64,000 bases of DNA, taken from assembly GCA_002269645.1 (NCBI GenBank), contig NIVC01002145.1:124001-188000 (forward strand), read 5' to 3'. A program made the position numbers and the translations under genes. Origin of the DNA: Macrostomum lignano (taxonomy: Eukaryota). Each line of letters opens with the position of its first letter. Positions within the stretch are counted from its first letter, which is position 1. Under the pieces are notes generated by a model. It saw only the letters and a list, made by a program, of their open reading frames with translations, made no database searches and was not told the origin of the DNA. Shown piece by piece: positions 45,124-57,362 of the stretch.

Positions 45124-48100
45124 TTAACGGCGATCGGTTTTGCCAATGCCGCGCTTGCCGCTGAACAGGTGCTTGGGCTTGGCGATGAACACGTGCCTGT
45201 CAGCCTCGCCCTTCCTAGCTAGCTGGTTGTTCTTCCTCTGCGACTGCTTGGCCATGAGGCGCGCCTTGCCGGCCATGGCCGCGTCGCGAACGCCGCTCTC
45301 CGAACGGGGCGGCCTGGACCGCGAGCGGGACCGCGAACGGCGCTCCTCGTCGGCCGCAACGTCGGCGTCACGACGGCGCTGGGCGGAGCGGTCGCGCAGG
45401 CGGCTGCGGGACCGTCCGGCCGACATGTGGGCAGTGGCGTCGGCGTCCACGTCTACGCCGAGCTCCTCCATGCCTTCCTCGACGTCGTCCGTGCTCATCT
45501 GCGTTGAACAATGGGGGAGATACTACTGTTAGTAGATGCGATATGCTAAAGGTGGTTTATTAATAGGTAGTGTCTTAAATGAGGGCGGTAACAGCAGCTT
45601 ACAGAGGCTCAGGATTCTTAGGCGATTCTTAAGAGTGGGAGTCAAGGGCGATTCTCAGGAGAGGAGCGAAGGGCGATTCTCAGGAGAGGAGTGAAGGGCG
45701 ATTCTCAGGAGAGGAGTGAAGGGCGATTCTCAGGAGGGGGAGTGAAGGGCGATTCTCAGGAGGGGGAGTCAAGGGCAATTCTCAGGAGAGGGAGTGAAGG
45801 GCGATTCTCAGGAGAGGAGTGAAGGGCGATTCTCAGGAGAGGAGTGAAGGGCGATTCTCAGGAGAGGAGCGAAGGGCGATTCTCAGGAGGGGGAGTGAAG
45901 GGCGATTCTCAGGAGGGGGAGTGAAGGGCGATTCTCAGGAGGGGGAGTGAAGGGCGATTCTCAGGAGAGGGAGTGAAGGGCGATTCTCAGGAGAGGAGTG
46001 AAGGGCGATTCTCAGGAGAGGAGTGAAGGGCGATTCTCAGGAGAGGAGCGAAGGGCGATTCTTAGGAGGGGAGTGAAGGGCGATTCTCAGGAGGGGAGTG
46101 AAGGGCGATTCTCAGGAGGGGAGTGAATGGCGATTCTTAGGAGGGGAGTGAAGGGCGATTCTTAGGAGGGGATTGAAGGGCGATTCTTAGGAGGGGATTG
46201 AAGGGCAATTCTCAGACGATTTAGCAACGGAGTGTCTGGAACTATCACAGCCAGAGTATCTCCCCCAGCCGCTAACCTTCTTGCCCGTGCGCGGCATCTT
46301 GGCGCCTTTCACGCCTTTGCGCTCTCGGCTCTCCAACTTGCGCAGCGCCTTCTTCTCGCGGATGAGGCGGGCCGTGTGCCGGATGGCCTGCATCTCGTCG
46401 TCCGACTCCGGCTGGTCGATATCGTAGTAGCCGGCCCCGGCCCGGGCGTCCTCCTCGCGCTCCAGCTGGCGCAGTCGTTCCAGAATGTCCGGGTCGATGA
46501 AGTCCTGAGCGGAGATTTACGAGTGTTGTTTGAATGTTGCTTGATTAGTTCATTGTAGGAAGGGGTTCAAACTGGGGATCTGGGAGGCTGGCCCAGCAAC
46601 TGGGGATCTGGGAGAGCGGTGGCCCAGCAACTGGGGATCTGGGAGGCTGGCCCAGCAACTGAGGATCTGGGAGGCTGGCCCAGCAACTGGGGATCTGGGA
46701 GGCTGGCCCAGCAACTGGGGATCTGGGAGGCTGGCCCAGCAACTGCAGATCCGGAAGAGTGGTAGCCTAGCATTCTTCATAACAGGAGAGCTTTAGTTTT
46801 TCAAATGCGAGCACCGGAGAAGTCAAAGCGTCTCACCTGGATGTTGTGACCCTCCCAGATCTCCGGGATGGCGTCCTGCTTCCACTCCTCCTTTTCCAGC
46901 AGCCAGTTCTTCTGCAGATCCAGCACATAGTCGTGCCCCATCTCCAGCTCGATTTCACGCTCCAGCTTCCTTGGCTTCTTTTCCACCTCGATGCCCTGCG
47001 CGGCGAGCTGGCGCTTCCGAGTCACGGCCTCCGGGATCATCGGCGGGCGCGGTTTGTCGTCGCGCGGCTTGGGCAGGGCCACGTACAGCCTGTTGGGCAG
47101 GCGGCATGGGGAAAGGGTTTATGCACCTCAATATTACTTGACGCTGTCCACACCCCTAGTATCCTTGAATCTGCCTCTCCGCTTCATCAGTGTCCTTGAA
47201 TCTGCCTCTCCGCTTCATCAGTGTCCTTGAATCTGCCTCTCCGCTCCCTCAGTGTCCTTGAATCTGCCTCTCCGCTCCCTCAGTGTCCTTGAATCTGCCT
47301 CTCCGCTCCCTCAGTGTCCTTGAATCTGCCTCTCCGCTCCCTCAGTGTCCTTGAATCTGCCTCTCCGCTCCCTCAGTGTCCTTGAATCTGCCTCTCCGCT
47401 CCCTCAGTGTCCTTGAATCTGCCTCTCCGCTCCCTCAGTGTCCTTGAATCTGCCTCTCCGCTCCCTCAGTGTCCTTGAATCTGCCTCTCCGCTCCCTCAG
47501 TGTCCTTGAATCTGCCTCTCCGCTCCCTCAGTGTCCTTGAATCTGCCTCTCCGCTCCCTCAGTGTCCTTGAATCTGCCTCTCCGCTCCCTCAGTGTCCTT
47601 GAATCTGCCTCTCCGCTCCCTCAGTGTCCTTGAATCTGCCTCTCCCTTCCCTCGGTGTCCTTGAATCTGCCTCTCCCTTCCCTCAGTGTCCTTGAATCTG
47701 CCTCTCCGCTCCCTCAGTGTCCTTGAATCTGCCTCTCCCTTCCCTCAGTGTCCTTGAATCTGCCTCTCCCTTCCCTCAGTGTCCTTGAATCTGCCTCTCC
47801 GCTCCCTCAGTGTCCTTGAATCTGCCTCTCCCTTCCCTCAGTGTCCTTGAATCTGCCTCTCCCTTCCCTCAGTGTCCTTGAATCTGCCTCTCCCTTCCCT
47901 CGGTGTCCTTGAATCTGCCTCTCCCTTCCCTCAGTGTCCTTGAATCTGCCTCTCCGCTCCCTCAGTGTCCTTGAATCTGCCTCTCCCTTCCCTCAGTGTC
48001 CTTGAATCTGCCTCTCCCTTCCCTCAGTGTCCTTGAATCTGCTTCTCCGCTCCCTCAGTGTCCTTGAATCTGCCTCTCCGCTCCCTCAGTGTCCTTGAAT

Positions 48101-50941
48101 CTGCCTCTCCGCTCCCTCAGTGTCCTTGAATCTGCCTCTCCGCTCCCTCAGTGTCCTTGAATCTGCCTCTTCCTTCCCTCAGTGTCCTTGAATCTGCCTC
48201 TCCCTTCCCTCAGTGTCCTTGAATCTGCCTCTCCCTTCCCTCAGTGTCCTTGAATCTGCCTCTCCCTTCCCTCAGTGTCCTTGAATCTGCTTCTCCGCTC
48301 CCCCAGTCCTTAAATCCCCGTCTCCTCAGAAACTCGCCTGTTGGCAACCTCGCCAATCTTCTTTCCAGCCAGCTTGGCCTCCACCCGCTGTTTAAGCAAC
48401 AGGTCGCAAGCTTCATTCTTCACCCGGATGAGCCCCTCCTCCGTGAGGTTGGACATCTCCATCACTGGGACGCCCTCGCTCTGTAGGCCGTCAAGCAGAG
48501 CCCGGCTCTCTTCGTCCAGTTCGGCAATTTTCAGCACGTCGGCTTTGTTGGCGCAGACAACCAGGGGCTTGTTGGCGAACAGCGGCCGGATGCTGTTGAA
48601 CAGGTGCACCTGACAGAAAAGGCAAATGCTGATCTTATTATCCTGATCATTTGGTTTCCTTCAGCATTCAAGACTGCCGAAAAGGAGTGTCTCATTGATG
48701 GGTGTCATAAGCAGCTCATTGATGGGTGTCATAGACAGCTCATTGATTGGGGTCATAATCAGCTCATTGATCGGTGTCATAACTAGCTCATTGATCGGTG
48801 TCATAACTAGTTCATTGATCGGTGTCATAACTAGCTCATTGATCGGTGTCATAGACAGCTCATTGATGGGTGTCATAACTAGCTCATTGATGGGTGTCAT
48901 AACTAGATCATTGATGGGTGTCATAACTAGATCATTGATGGGTGTCATAACTAGCTCATTGATGGGTGTCATAACTAGATCATTGATGGGTGTCATAACT
49001 AGCTCATTGATGGGTGTCATAACTAGATCATTGATGGGTGTCATAACTAGATCATTGATGGGTGTCATAACTAGCTCATTGATGGGTGTCATAACTAGAT
49101 CATTGATGGGTGTCATAACTAGATCATTGATGGGTGTCATAACTAGATCATTGATGGGTGTCATAGACAGCTCATTGATGGGTGTCATAACTAGCTCATT
49201 GATTGGCGTCATAGACAGCTTATCGATGAGTGTAATAGACAGTTCATTGTTGGGATCAGGAAGCTGCTCACTTTTTTCAGATGCACAAAAATTTCTTATA
49301 AAATGGCATTGAAATAAACACTTCAGACATCAAAGACCAACTGGCGCACCTGCTGAGGCACGGTGTATCCGCACTGGCCAGAAAGGTCCAGAAAGAACAG
49401 TACAGCGGCCCGGAGATGAGCCAGGGCCGTGATGGCCAGCATCTCGATGTTGTTCCGATCCTCCAGCGGGTGGTCCAGAATGCCCGGAGTGTCAATCACC
49501 TGCCAGCGCAGGTACTCGTGATCCATGTGGCCAACGTACAGGCTTCGAGTAGTGAACGGATACGGTTGGACTTCCACATCCGCGCGCGTCATCTTGTTGA
49601 GAAAGCTGGACTTGCCGACGTTGGGAAAGCCACACAGGATTAGCGACCGGCCAGTCGGGTTGATTGACGGCAATCGGGACAGGTGTTGGCGCACCTGAGC
49701 GAGGGTAGTTTTAGTGGGAATTACTGGGAAATAACGACATATAGATGGCAGGATCAATGGGTCCAGGCGGAAGATCTGGGAGGCTGGCCCATTAACTGAG
49801 AATATGGGAGGTTGGCCCAGCAACTGAGAATATGGGAGGTTGGGCCAGCAACTGAGGATCTGGGAGGCTGGCCCAGCAACTGAGGATCTGGGAGGCTGGC
49901 CCAGCAACTGAGGATCTGGGAGGCTGGCCCAGCAACTGAGGATCTGGGAGGCTGGCCCAGCAACTGAGGATCTGGGAGGCTGGCCCAGCAACTGAGGATC
50001 TGGGAGGCTGGCCCAGCAACTGAGGATCTGGGAGGCTGGCCCAGCAACTGAGGATCTGGGAGGCTGGCCCAGCAACTGAGGATCTGGGAAGCTGGCCCAG
50101 CAACTGGGGATCTGGGAGAGCGGTGGCCCAGCAACTGAGGATCTGGGAGGCTGGCCCAGCAACTGAGGATCTGGGAGGCTGGCCCAGCAACTGAGGATCT
50201 GGGAGGCTGGCCCAGCAACTGAGGATCTGGGAGGCTGGCCCAGCAACTGAGGATCTGGGAGGCTGGCCCAGCAACTGAGGATCTGGGAGGCTGGCCCAGC
50301 AACTGAGGATCTGGGAAGCTGACCCAGCAACTGAGAATCTGGGAGGCTGGCCCAGCAACTGAGGATCTGGGAGGCTGGCCCAGCAACTGAAGATCTGGGA
50401 AGCTGACCCAGCAACTGAGGATCTGGCAAGCTGGCTATTGGACTATCACTGAACACAATAAAAGCAAGAATCCCCAGCGCACCTGTTCCAGGTAAGCCAG
50501 CGTAGAAGACTGTCCACGCATAATTGTAGCCATGCGGCCCAGAGCGGCCCGTTTCAACTGTTTGCACCTGTACAGCGAGTCGCCATACTTCAACAGCCGG
50601 GAATAGTCCTGGCCGACTCGGGCAACCAGGTGCCTGGCCGTGTTAATCTGGCCCAGGGCCAGTTTGTAGTGGTCCCGATCGTACAGGGCATTGATGAGAT
50701 CGGCATAGAACGGGTGCAGCTCCTCCAGCCTGGGGAACTCGGTCACAATGGCTGTCAACTTGTCGTAGAATGTCTGCTGAGTAAACTTCACTTTGCGAGT
50801 GTAGAACTGCCTGATTCGAGAGATCTGATAGTGCCGATGGATCACAGTTGGAGTCTTGCGCTGAGTCTTTGACAGCACAATGTCAACAAAGTCTTTGGCG
50901 GTTGGCACCACCGTGATCTGCTTGAAATTGTACTGCACCAT
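45124..50941 (-). CDS. GTPBP4: Nucleolar GTP-binding protein 1 (NOG1/GTPBP4), 6 exons
   Basis: Exons 50941-50483, 49694-49350, 48609-48338, 47089-46837, 46504-46277, 45498-45124, phase-consistent; [12 protein letters not shown]1 [25 protein letters not shown] region, C-terminal [18 protein letters not shown]; intron 3 is GC-AG. Confidence 0.96.
45640..46212. repeat. 25-26 bp minisatellite in NOG1 intron 5 (GAAGGGCGATTCTCAGGAGAGGAGT)
   Basis: About 22 units. Confidence 0.93.
46570..46750. repeat. 28-bp minisatellite in NOG1 intron 4 (GAGGATCTGGGAGGCTGGCCCAGCAACT)
   Basis: About 6 units; same family as NOG1 intron 1. Confidence 0.92.
47160..48312. repeat. 31-bp minisatellite in NOG1 intron 3 (TCCTTGAATCTGCCTCTCCGCTCCCTCAGTG)
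   Basis: About 37 units. Confidence 0.95.
48690..49255. repeat. 24-bp minisatellite in NOG1 intron 2 (TCATTGATGGGTGTCATAACTAGC)
   Basis: About 23 units; same family as CDK5RAP1 intron 4. Confidence 0.93.
49770..50430. repeat. 28-bp minisatellite in NOG1 intron 1
   Basis: About 23 units of GAGGATCTGGGAGGCTGGCCCAGCAACT. Confidence 0.95.
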
Positions 50942-51159
50942 TGTTTCCAATTAGTCAGTTAGTTAATCGATTTTTTAATTGGCGGAACGGGTCTCAAGAG
51001 CTGCGCTGAAAGTATAGGAAATGAATACCAATGGGTAAGTTGACACTCTGATGTTTATGAGGGAGTCAGCTTGATTAGCTGTTAGTCTATATACTACTTT
51101 ACTAAGTAACCACTTGCGAGTACTATTGAGCAAATTGGTAACTAGATAGCGAGCCAGCT

Positions 51160-51302
51160 GAATGAATAGCTAACTAGCTAACTCACTGAATAGCTAATTA
51201 GCTAACTCACTGAATAGCTAATTAGCTAACTCAATGAATAGCTAATTAACTCACTGAATAGCTAACAAGCTAACTCACTGAATAGCTAACTAGCTAACTG
51301 AT
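51160..51302. repeat. Short 24-28 bp tandem repeat upstream of NOG1 (GCTAACTCACTGAATAGCTAATTA)
   Basis: About 5 units. Confidence 0.8.
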
Positions 51303-52011
51303 AACAAGTGAAGTTTCAGAATAGATAAAACCTTGTATTTTGCTAACAAACTGAATAATATCTTGTGGAATATTCAACAGAGTATACAATGATCCACACA
51401 TGCCATATTACAGAATTAATATGAACATAGAAAATAAATCAAGTAAAAAGCCAGACTTACAAACAAACAGGAAGTACAAATTTCACTTTGGTAGGCAACC
51501 AGGATATATGATAAACTAAGTAAGTACACAGAACTCCTTGAACAGAAAAGGCCCCCAGGGACAACTCGAACAATTATAAACTTAGCTATAGTAGATAGCC
51601 ATTTTAATCGATGAAGCTCAGATGGAATTTAGCACAGGCACTAGCAGGACACGTACTACTTGTAACAAGTAGTGTATTCAATAGTGTTAAGCTACATTTA
51701 GCCATTCTAATAGATTAAAATTAACATATGGATAGCAAACATTACTAATGCGAAAGATAAAGCTTGCTAAAATAAAAAAATTCAATTATTGGATATTACG
51801 GACTAAATGAACAAGTTTTTTCCCGATTCCTATATGGAATAAACATACGTGATTTGGCATACAATAATTATAAGGATGTAGTAACGATAATTTTACAGTA
51901 TTAATATTAGTTATCAAGCATGCTTGACATAAACTAATCAGAATACTTGTCTAACTGTGAGAAATGCAGAACCTTTTTTGGCTAAAACTTTAACATCTGC
52001 ATGATGCGTGA

Positions 52012-52307
52012 TGAGTGAGGTGGGTGAGAAGTAAGGTGGGTGCGGAGTGAGGTGGGTGAGAAGTGAGGTGGGTGCGGAGTGAGATGGGTGAGGAGTGAGG
52101 TGGGTGAGGAGTGAGGTGAGTGCGGAGTGAGGTGGGTGCGGAGTGAGGTGGGTGCGGAGTGAGGTGGGTGAGAAGTGAGGTGGGTGCGGAGTGAGATGGG
52201 TGAGGAGTGAGGTGGGTGAGGAGTGAGGTGGGTGAGGAGTGAGGTGAGTGCGGAGTGAGGTGGGTGCGGAGTGAGGTGGGTGCGGAGTGAGGTGGGTTAG
52301 GGTTAGG
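52012..52307. repeat. 16-bp G-rich minisatellite (GTGAGGTGGGTGCGGA) ending in GGGTTAGGGTTAGG
   Basis: About 18 units between RECQL5 and NOG1. Confidence 0.9.
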
Positions 52308-52615
52308 CACAATTTAGTTTCATGGCACCGGGTGGAACTAGATATACAGCATAGACAATTAGTATTATGCATATCTGAAAATGAATTCTAAACTAGGATT
52401 TATTTTAGAATAGTATCGATACCTTGAAAGATCAAATTAAGTATAATCCACACGTCAGCTTACTTTTAAATGCATATAACTCAACATTGACTTAACGATG
52501 AATTGCAATATATAATTATCTGTACACACCGTGTAGCTGCTTGAGACTCAGAGACATGAATACGCATGCTCATTGTTCTATCAGAGTTGCTCTCAAAAAA
52601 CAAATAATTATTACG

Positions 52616-55600
52616 TCATCCAGCCATCTGACTCCAATCGATATTGCTTTCACCGCCGCCAACGTAGCCGCCGTGAGCAGCAAACAGCCGGTTAACCCAG
52701 CGCTCCGCCTGGACTTTGGCCGACTCTACTAATAAAGAGCTGTCACGATTGTCTGGGCCGGCGAACTCGGCCATCAGCTGGTGAGTCAGCCGACGGGCCA
52801 CGAGCTTGAAGCTGGGCCGGTCAATACAGCCGCGCTTGTAATAGCCGTCTAGGATGTTTATTGACACGTCTCCGAGTTGCTTCTTAATTGCTTCCTCATG
52901 ACGATGCTGCTTCTGTTTCTGCTGCTGTTGCTGACTGTTTGAGCCCCAATAATGATGAAGCGTATTGCGTTTATCCGCAGGAGGAGGCTGCAGAAGTTTA
53001 GCTTTGCCAGATGAGCGCTTACGGCTCTGAGCTGAGACCGACTGCTGCTGCTGCTGTTTGACGGATTGGTTGGTGGCGTCTCTGGGCGCAACAGCTGCGG
53101 AATTAAATTTATCAACAGGCATCTGCAACTGGCTACTCATAGTAAAAGATGATGTGAGAGCGCCACTATAAGACGAGACAGATTTCTGCTCAACAAAATA
53201 GTTGGTTGAAGAAGATTCCCCCTGAGCGACAGGCGCGCTGGTCCTAGCAAACGAGGAGGCGGACGAGTCGCCGCTGCTCCGCCGCAGAGGCTCCAAAGTG
53301 ACCAGCTTCACCTTGGCCCCGCTGCTGGTCCCGCCGGCCGATCCGGCGCCACTGCGGCCAGTCTGGCCAACCTGTTGAGGCATGTCAACAAAGCAGGCGA
53401 ATCCCGGCCTGCCAGCCGCCTGTCTGGACTGAGGAACAACCATCGCGTCGCTGTTGCCGTCGTCTGCATCATCAGATTCGGACCAGTTGTCCAACAGGTT
53501 GAATGAAAACGGTTGTACAGTACTATTAGTAGCAGGTTCAGATTTGATTTTCTGATGCTGCTCCTGCTGCTGCTGCTGCTGCTGTTGCGGCTTCTCCCAG
53601 AAGTACTGAACTTTTGGCGGAGGCGACGGCGGCCTCGGCGGCCCCGCAGACGGATAGGGCTCCACGCTAGGCAAAATGCTGTCATCTGACTCCGCATTGA
53701 AGAGGTTAAACTTGGGCGAATCTGGCTCATCAGCATTCGCCGATGCCGGCTCAGCCGCGGTTAATTCCGCTTCAGCCGCAGCCTCCGCCTCCTGCGAGTC
53801 ATCGTAGGACAGCAGAAAGTCCGCCAGTTCGTCGCCCGACTTGCACTTTCTAACCCGGGACACGGCCTTCATCATTGCGCCGCGATAGGTTGACGCCACC
53901 TTGGAGGCGCGGAAGGCCGAATATTCCATGCGGATCAGGGCCGCCTCGGCCCGGTCTGGCGGCAGGAGATCCGGGGCCAGCGAGGCCAGCTTTGGCAGCA
54001 GAGAGGAGCGCAGTAGATTGTACGACTGCTCCCGACACTTGCCAGTGATGCCGGCAATGCCGCGGTTTCCAGCGTCTCTGATTGGACAGTCGGCCGAGGC
54101 GGCGGCCCATGACGAGTTGTCAGCGCCGTATCGGCTACCACCGCCGCCGCCGCCACTGCCTGATAGAGCGAAACATTTGGAACATGATTGAATCAGACAT
54201 TGAAACATGATTGAATAAGACATGTTACCATGATTAAGACATGTTACCATGATTGAATAAGACATGTTACCATGATTGAATAAGACATGTTACCATGATT
54301 GAATAAGACATGTTAACATATTGAATAAGACGTTTTGACATGATTGAATCAGACATTAAAACAAAATTGAACCAGTTATCCAAAGCCAATAAAAAAACTT
54401 ATATGGGAAAATAAATGATCCCCAAACTCAGACGATAAGAAATTTCCAATTTCATGCTAAGCAGGTGGTCAAAGAGAATTTATAACAAAAATGATCACCT
54501 GCACCAACCCGGCGCCGCTGAAACTCAGCCTGGATAGCGTCGTTGCGGTCTTTTTTCTCTTGGGCCGCGAGCCGCTCCGCCAGCGCGTAGTCCGCCTGCG
54601 AATCGTCGTCGTATTCTTCGAAACCGCGGCCGCGCTGCCGCTGCCGATAGAGATCCGGGTCCAAGTCTTCGTCCGCCTGCGGCCCCCGGCCCCGTCGCCG
54701 TTCAATATTGGCCGAATGGCACCAGCGTTGGAATTCGCGCAGCTGGGCGGCCGCCTCTTTGTCTTGAGCGCAGGCGTCGCAATTGGTCCGGCAAGGCTGC
54801 GTGTTGCTCTCGCCGAAATAGGCGGCCACTGTAGCGTTGCGGCATCTTTAAAGGTGAGACAATGTACTTTTATGCAGAGCCGGGATGACCGAGAAAAGTA
54901 AATGACGCCCCTCTTCTGCAGCAGCTTTGGCGCCCCACTTGCGGCAGCTTTGGCGCCCCCTTGCAGCAGCTTTGGCGCCCCCCCTGCAGCAGCTTCGGCG
55001 CCCCCTTGCAGCAGCTTCGGCGCCCCCTTGCAGCAGCTTTGGCGCCCCTTTGCAGCAGCTTTGGCGCCCCCTTGCAGCAGCTTTGGCGCCCCGCCTCCTT
55101 GCAGCAGCTTTGGCGCCCCCCTTTACAGCAGCTAGTCATTATTACTATAGCAATTGTAAGAAGCCATAAAAAATACTAATAATTTAGGTCACATTAGCGG
55201 CCAGCACTAGCAAAGTTAAGCAGTTTTGGCCGCAGTTAGTACTCAGCTAAATAGACTCTAGTTGAAATAACAGACAGGCTCTCACTTGCAAGTCTCAGCG
55301 TAGGAGATCATCTCATTGAGATCCTGCATAGCGATGGCCCGACGATTAACAGTCGGACGATCGGGCGTATCTGTGGCGGCAGAAGCGGACGCGGACTCGT
55401 CATCACCGCCAGCATCCTTTTGCTGCTGTTGAGTCAGATAGGCAACAGTGTCCCTCTCCTGTTTAGTGTAGTAGATCCGACACTTTGACGGCAGTCCGTC
55501 TCGGCCGGCCCGACCGCTCTCCTGATAATAGGCTGCCAGAGATTTGGCCACAGTCCAATGGGCCACAAATCTGACATTTGGCTTGTCAACTCCCATACCG

Positions 55601-56550
55601 AAGCTGACAGTGGCCACAACCACAGGGAATTTATTATCAGTCCAATCCAGCTGGTTGGCCTGCCGGTCGGATTTCTTCAAGCCGGCATGATACGGCCTGG
55701 CTGGCAGGCCGCGCGAGCACAGCCGGCTAGCGATGTCTTCGCACACGTCCCGCTGCCTACAATAGACGATGCCGGAGCCCCGGCCGGACCAATCGGCTGC
55801 GTCCGCCTCGCTGGAGCCGCGCGGCGGCAGGCAGGCCAGCGCGAACTGCAGCAGATTAGCGAACGGATCCGGCAGCAGGTCGGCGAACTGCACATCGTAG
55901 TAGAGATTCGATCGATAGCAGGCCGTCTGAAAGATGCGCGGCGAGTGCAGCTTCAATAGGCGGTTAATATCGTCGCGCACCCTAGCATTAGCCGTGGCGG
56001 TCAGGGCGATACAAGTGGCCGACGGACACAGTCTGGCTCGAACCTGGCCGAGGCGTAGAAAATCCGGCCGAAAATCGTGACCCCATTCGGACACGCAGTG
56101 AGCCTCGTCAACAACAAAATAAGATAGCCTAGCCCGATCGGCCAGCTGTTTAGCCAGAGATTCGAATGTCTTAGTTCGAGTCTGCTCAGGCGTGACGTAC
56201 AGCAATCGAATCTCTGGACAGGGCGAGGCCAAGTCGGCCAGCACAGCCCGGCGCTCCTTCTCGCCGGTGCGCGAGTTGATCGTAGCGGCGCCAATGCCCA
56301 GCCGTTTCAATTGTTCCAGCTGGTCACTAATCAGAGCGATCAGGGGCGATACAACAATAGCAACGCCGCGATGATAGACAGCCGGCAGCTGGTAGCAAAG
56401 CGACTTTCCCGCCCCGGTTGGCATGCAAACAAATAAGTCGCTTTGCCTGGCAACAGCGCATCGAACCGCAGCCTCTTGAGTGTCGGATTTGAATTCCGCA
56501 TGCTTGAAATGCTTGGCTAAGCAGGCTAGCACCGAGTCGCGCTGCTGCAT
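52616..56550 (-). CDS. RECQL5: ATP-dependent DNA helicase RecQ5, 3 exons, about 1051 aa
   Basis: Exons 56550-55286, 54845-54499, 54159-52616; [41 protein letters not shown], Zn-binding [24 protein letters not shown]-like CREQSYNLL...[15 protein letters not shown]-terminal SRI-like [19 protein letters not shown]. Confidence 0.93.
54180..54360. repeat. 23-bp minisatellite in RECQL5 intron 2 (ATGTTACCATGATTGAATAAGAC)
   Basis: About 8 units. Confidence 0.88.
54915..55130. repeat. 22-bp minisatellite in RECQL5 intron 1 (GCAGCAGCTTTGGCGCCCCCTT)
   Basis: About 10 units. Confidence 0.9.
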
Positions 56551-57362
56551 TGGCCCAACTAATATATCTACTGCTAACTGCACTACTCACAGTAGGATAG
56601 AAAGCGCTGGCTGCTGGGGCCTGCAGAAATATGAATAATTAATATAGTTGATTAATAAGTAATAGACTAAAAGCATACACAAATAGACTAGGATAAACAG
56701 AATGAACAGAGAGAGAACTATTAATAACTATATAAGTAGAAAAGTTATCCAACGAGACGTTCTGTGTATTTTAGTAATGAAGTTAATACCATATTATTAC
56801 TATCAATATTATAAGTAGAACAATTGCGACGTCAAGTTTTATTTATACAGCGAACACAGTTAACAGTTAACAAAGTATTTTTGGTTGGATAAAGTCATTC
56901 ATTAATATACAATAGATATATTTTTGTATAATCTCTGATTACCATGAATATGACTTTGCGACGCCTAGTAGGAAAAATAAACTAAAATAAAAGCAAACTA
57001 TGAAGGATAAATTGGGGCTTGTATAACTAATAAAGATAGAATACAAAGAATGTACAGACGCTGTAGTGTGGCAAACAATTAAAAAGTCATGGTGCAACTT
57101 CAGTCTTGAGTATAACTTCTGAATATGAATATATATGCCATCTGAATTTATGCATGGCATATATGCACACCCGCTATGAAAAAATTACACGAAACTTTTA
57201 TTGGCGACACTGTGCGCTGCCTTTCCGCTTTTCGGCGGCTTGAAACGAAACAAAAGTGGAGCTTTTAGATAATTAGAAACAGACAATATCAATGAGGTAA
57301 ATTAGTGTACTTTGCAAGAACTTTTCCCTCATTGCAAATGTAAAATCGGGATTGTTGTTTCT

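Noticed and set aside
49323-50567. 414-aa ORF fusing repeats to the NOG1 G-domain
   Set aside because: Read-through of intron 1 minisatellite into exon 2; the splice sites at 50482 and 49695 give the conserved LEQ|VRQHL junction.
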